Assembly (NCBI GenBank): GCA_043228905.1
Contig: JBHGNT010000005.1
Span: 1,798,001-1,862,000 of the forward strand
From: Azolla caroliniana
Taxonomy: Eukaryota > Plantae > Polypodiophyta
Length of the DNA stretch: 64,000 nucleotides
Direction of reading: 5' to 3'
A program made the translations under genes and the position numbers. This document shows, piece after piece, positions 63,035 to 64,000 of this stretch; position 1 is the first letter of the stretch, and each line of letters starts with the position of its first letter. The notes beneath the pieces were generated by a model that saw only the letters and a list, made by a program, of their open reading frames with translations, was not told the DNA's origin and did not search any database.

Positions 63035-64000
63035 TCATTTGCCATTACTCAGTTCAAGTTTCAATGATAGTATCTCCATGGGAAATAGATTGATCACTCC
63101 CTTCTTCCCACCAAACCCTACACGCTGCTTCCTCCCCAAAGACTCTTCACTAAGCTCATAATGTAAGTTGTCATGCACTAGATTTAGAGATGATACTTTT
63201 GCATTCTTCACATGGAGATTTTTAAAAATATCAAATAAATCAAGCCTTCCACCATTATCACCCACATCACTGCAATGTAACTGGTCCTTTTTGTGATATG
63301 AAACATCCCATCCCTTTCGATGTATGGTAAGAGCATACTTCGCGGTTGCCTTTGACCTCAAGAATTCTAGAGGCTGTGGAACCTTCAGAGATACTATATG
63401 AAAATCACACGGAAATTCTACTGCCAATGGTGAGAAGGTTTTACGGAGTGAACTGCTCCTTGCTTCCAAGGCATTCTCCACCTTGCTGAGGAATTTGTGT
63501 ACCGGGTAGCTTAGCTGCATTGATACGCGATGAGAAAGGAGGGATGGCATATGGGTAGCAGATGCTATAATAGGTTGCAATACTCGATCACTTCTTTCAA
63601 ATAATAGATGGAAATGAGCATCCATCGGCCGATTATCAAGTATTCCTTGCCCAAGACCTCTATCATCATCTCGCATTAACCTCCTATCAAGCATTACCTC
63701 CAATGCCCCTGTTTTTAAGCTTGCCACACCAAGTGCCTGATGAGAGTGAATAGAAAAACGGTGCCCATCTCTCCCTTGTATAAATGCAAGTGATGGCATT
63801 GGATAATAGTTACCTTGGAGAGGAATTTTCTCTCTATTTTCTCTAGCTATGGTTTGGAAACCATTAAGGTCAGAAAAGAAGGTATTGCTGGTATCCAGAT
63901 CCGTTTCATATCTGACTATTAACTCCTTGTCATCATATTGATGGTCTAGCAATTCCACATGGTATTCCATCTCCACTGAAAACACTTGGATAGAGTCTTT
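63035..64000 (-). CDS. GMII: Golgi alpha-mannosidase II (GH38), C-terminal exon, 5'-partial
   Basis: FFSDLNGFQ...KIPLQGNYYPMPSLAFIQG...LEVMLDRRLMRDDDRGLGQG; the frame stays open to the window edge. Confidence 0.93.
   Translation of the reverse strand, partial: KDSIQVFSVEMEYHVELLDHQYDDKELIVRYETDLDTSNTFFSDLNGFQTIARENREKIPLQGNYYPMPSLAFIQGRDGHRFSIHSHQALGVASLKTGALEVMLDRRLMRDDDRGLGQGILDNRPMDAHFHLLFERSDRVLQPIIASATHMPSLLSHRVSMQLSYPVHKFLSKVENALEARSSSLRKTFSPLAVEFPCDFHIVSLKVPQPLEFLRSKATAKYALTIHRKGWDVSYHKKDQLHCSDVGDNGGRLDLFDIFKNLHVKNAKVSSLNLVHDNLHYELSEESLGRKQRVGFGGKKGVINLFPMEILSLKLELSNGK

Noticed and set aside
1-64000. CRISPR arrays, operons or prokaryotic defence systems
   Set aside because: The sequence is intron-containing plant nuclear DNA; no repeat-spacer arrays were seen

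Overview
Eukaryotic land-plant nuclear DNA. It is most likely a fern (inference from the PLS-PPR style, the retroelement families and the abundant ATAC/AG microsatellites). Host genes: SEC13 (-, 2 exons), cytosolic glutamine synthetase GS1 (-, 13 exons, 357 aa), RRP15-like (+, 8 exons), a PLS/E-class PPR gene (+), a CLSY/DRD1-type SNF2 remodeler (+, 4 exons), a SAM-domain gene (-), the last exon of Golgi alpha-mannosidase II (-, cut by the window edge) and one unidentified 243-aa ORF. Mobile DNA: a full-length but disrupted Ty1/copia element (394-bp LTRs, GTAAT TSD), an internally deleted Ty3/gypsy-type element with a 4-bp TSD and tRNA-Trp PBS, a solo LTR with TSD, two LINE fragments (one with TSD and poly-A), a chromovirus remnant, a hAT-type MITE in the SNF2 intron and two tRNA-like SINE candidates. 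The most unusual signal is that the SEC13 intron and GS1 intron 1 both contain decayed serial copies of their own acceptor/exon junction, and the SEC13 intron is bounded by an 18-bp direct repeat. Also notable are two near-perfect fold-back hairpins, one inside a TSD-flanked poly-A insertion. All coordinates were read by eye and no database searches were run.
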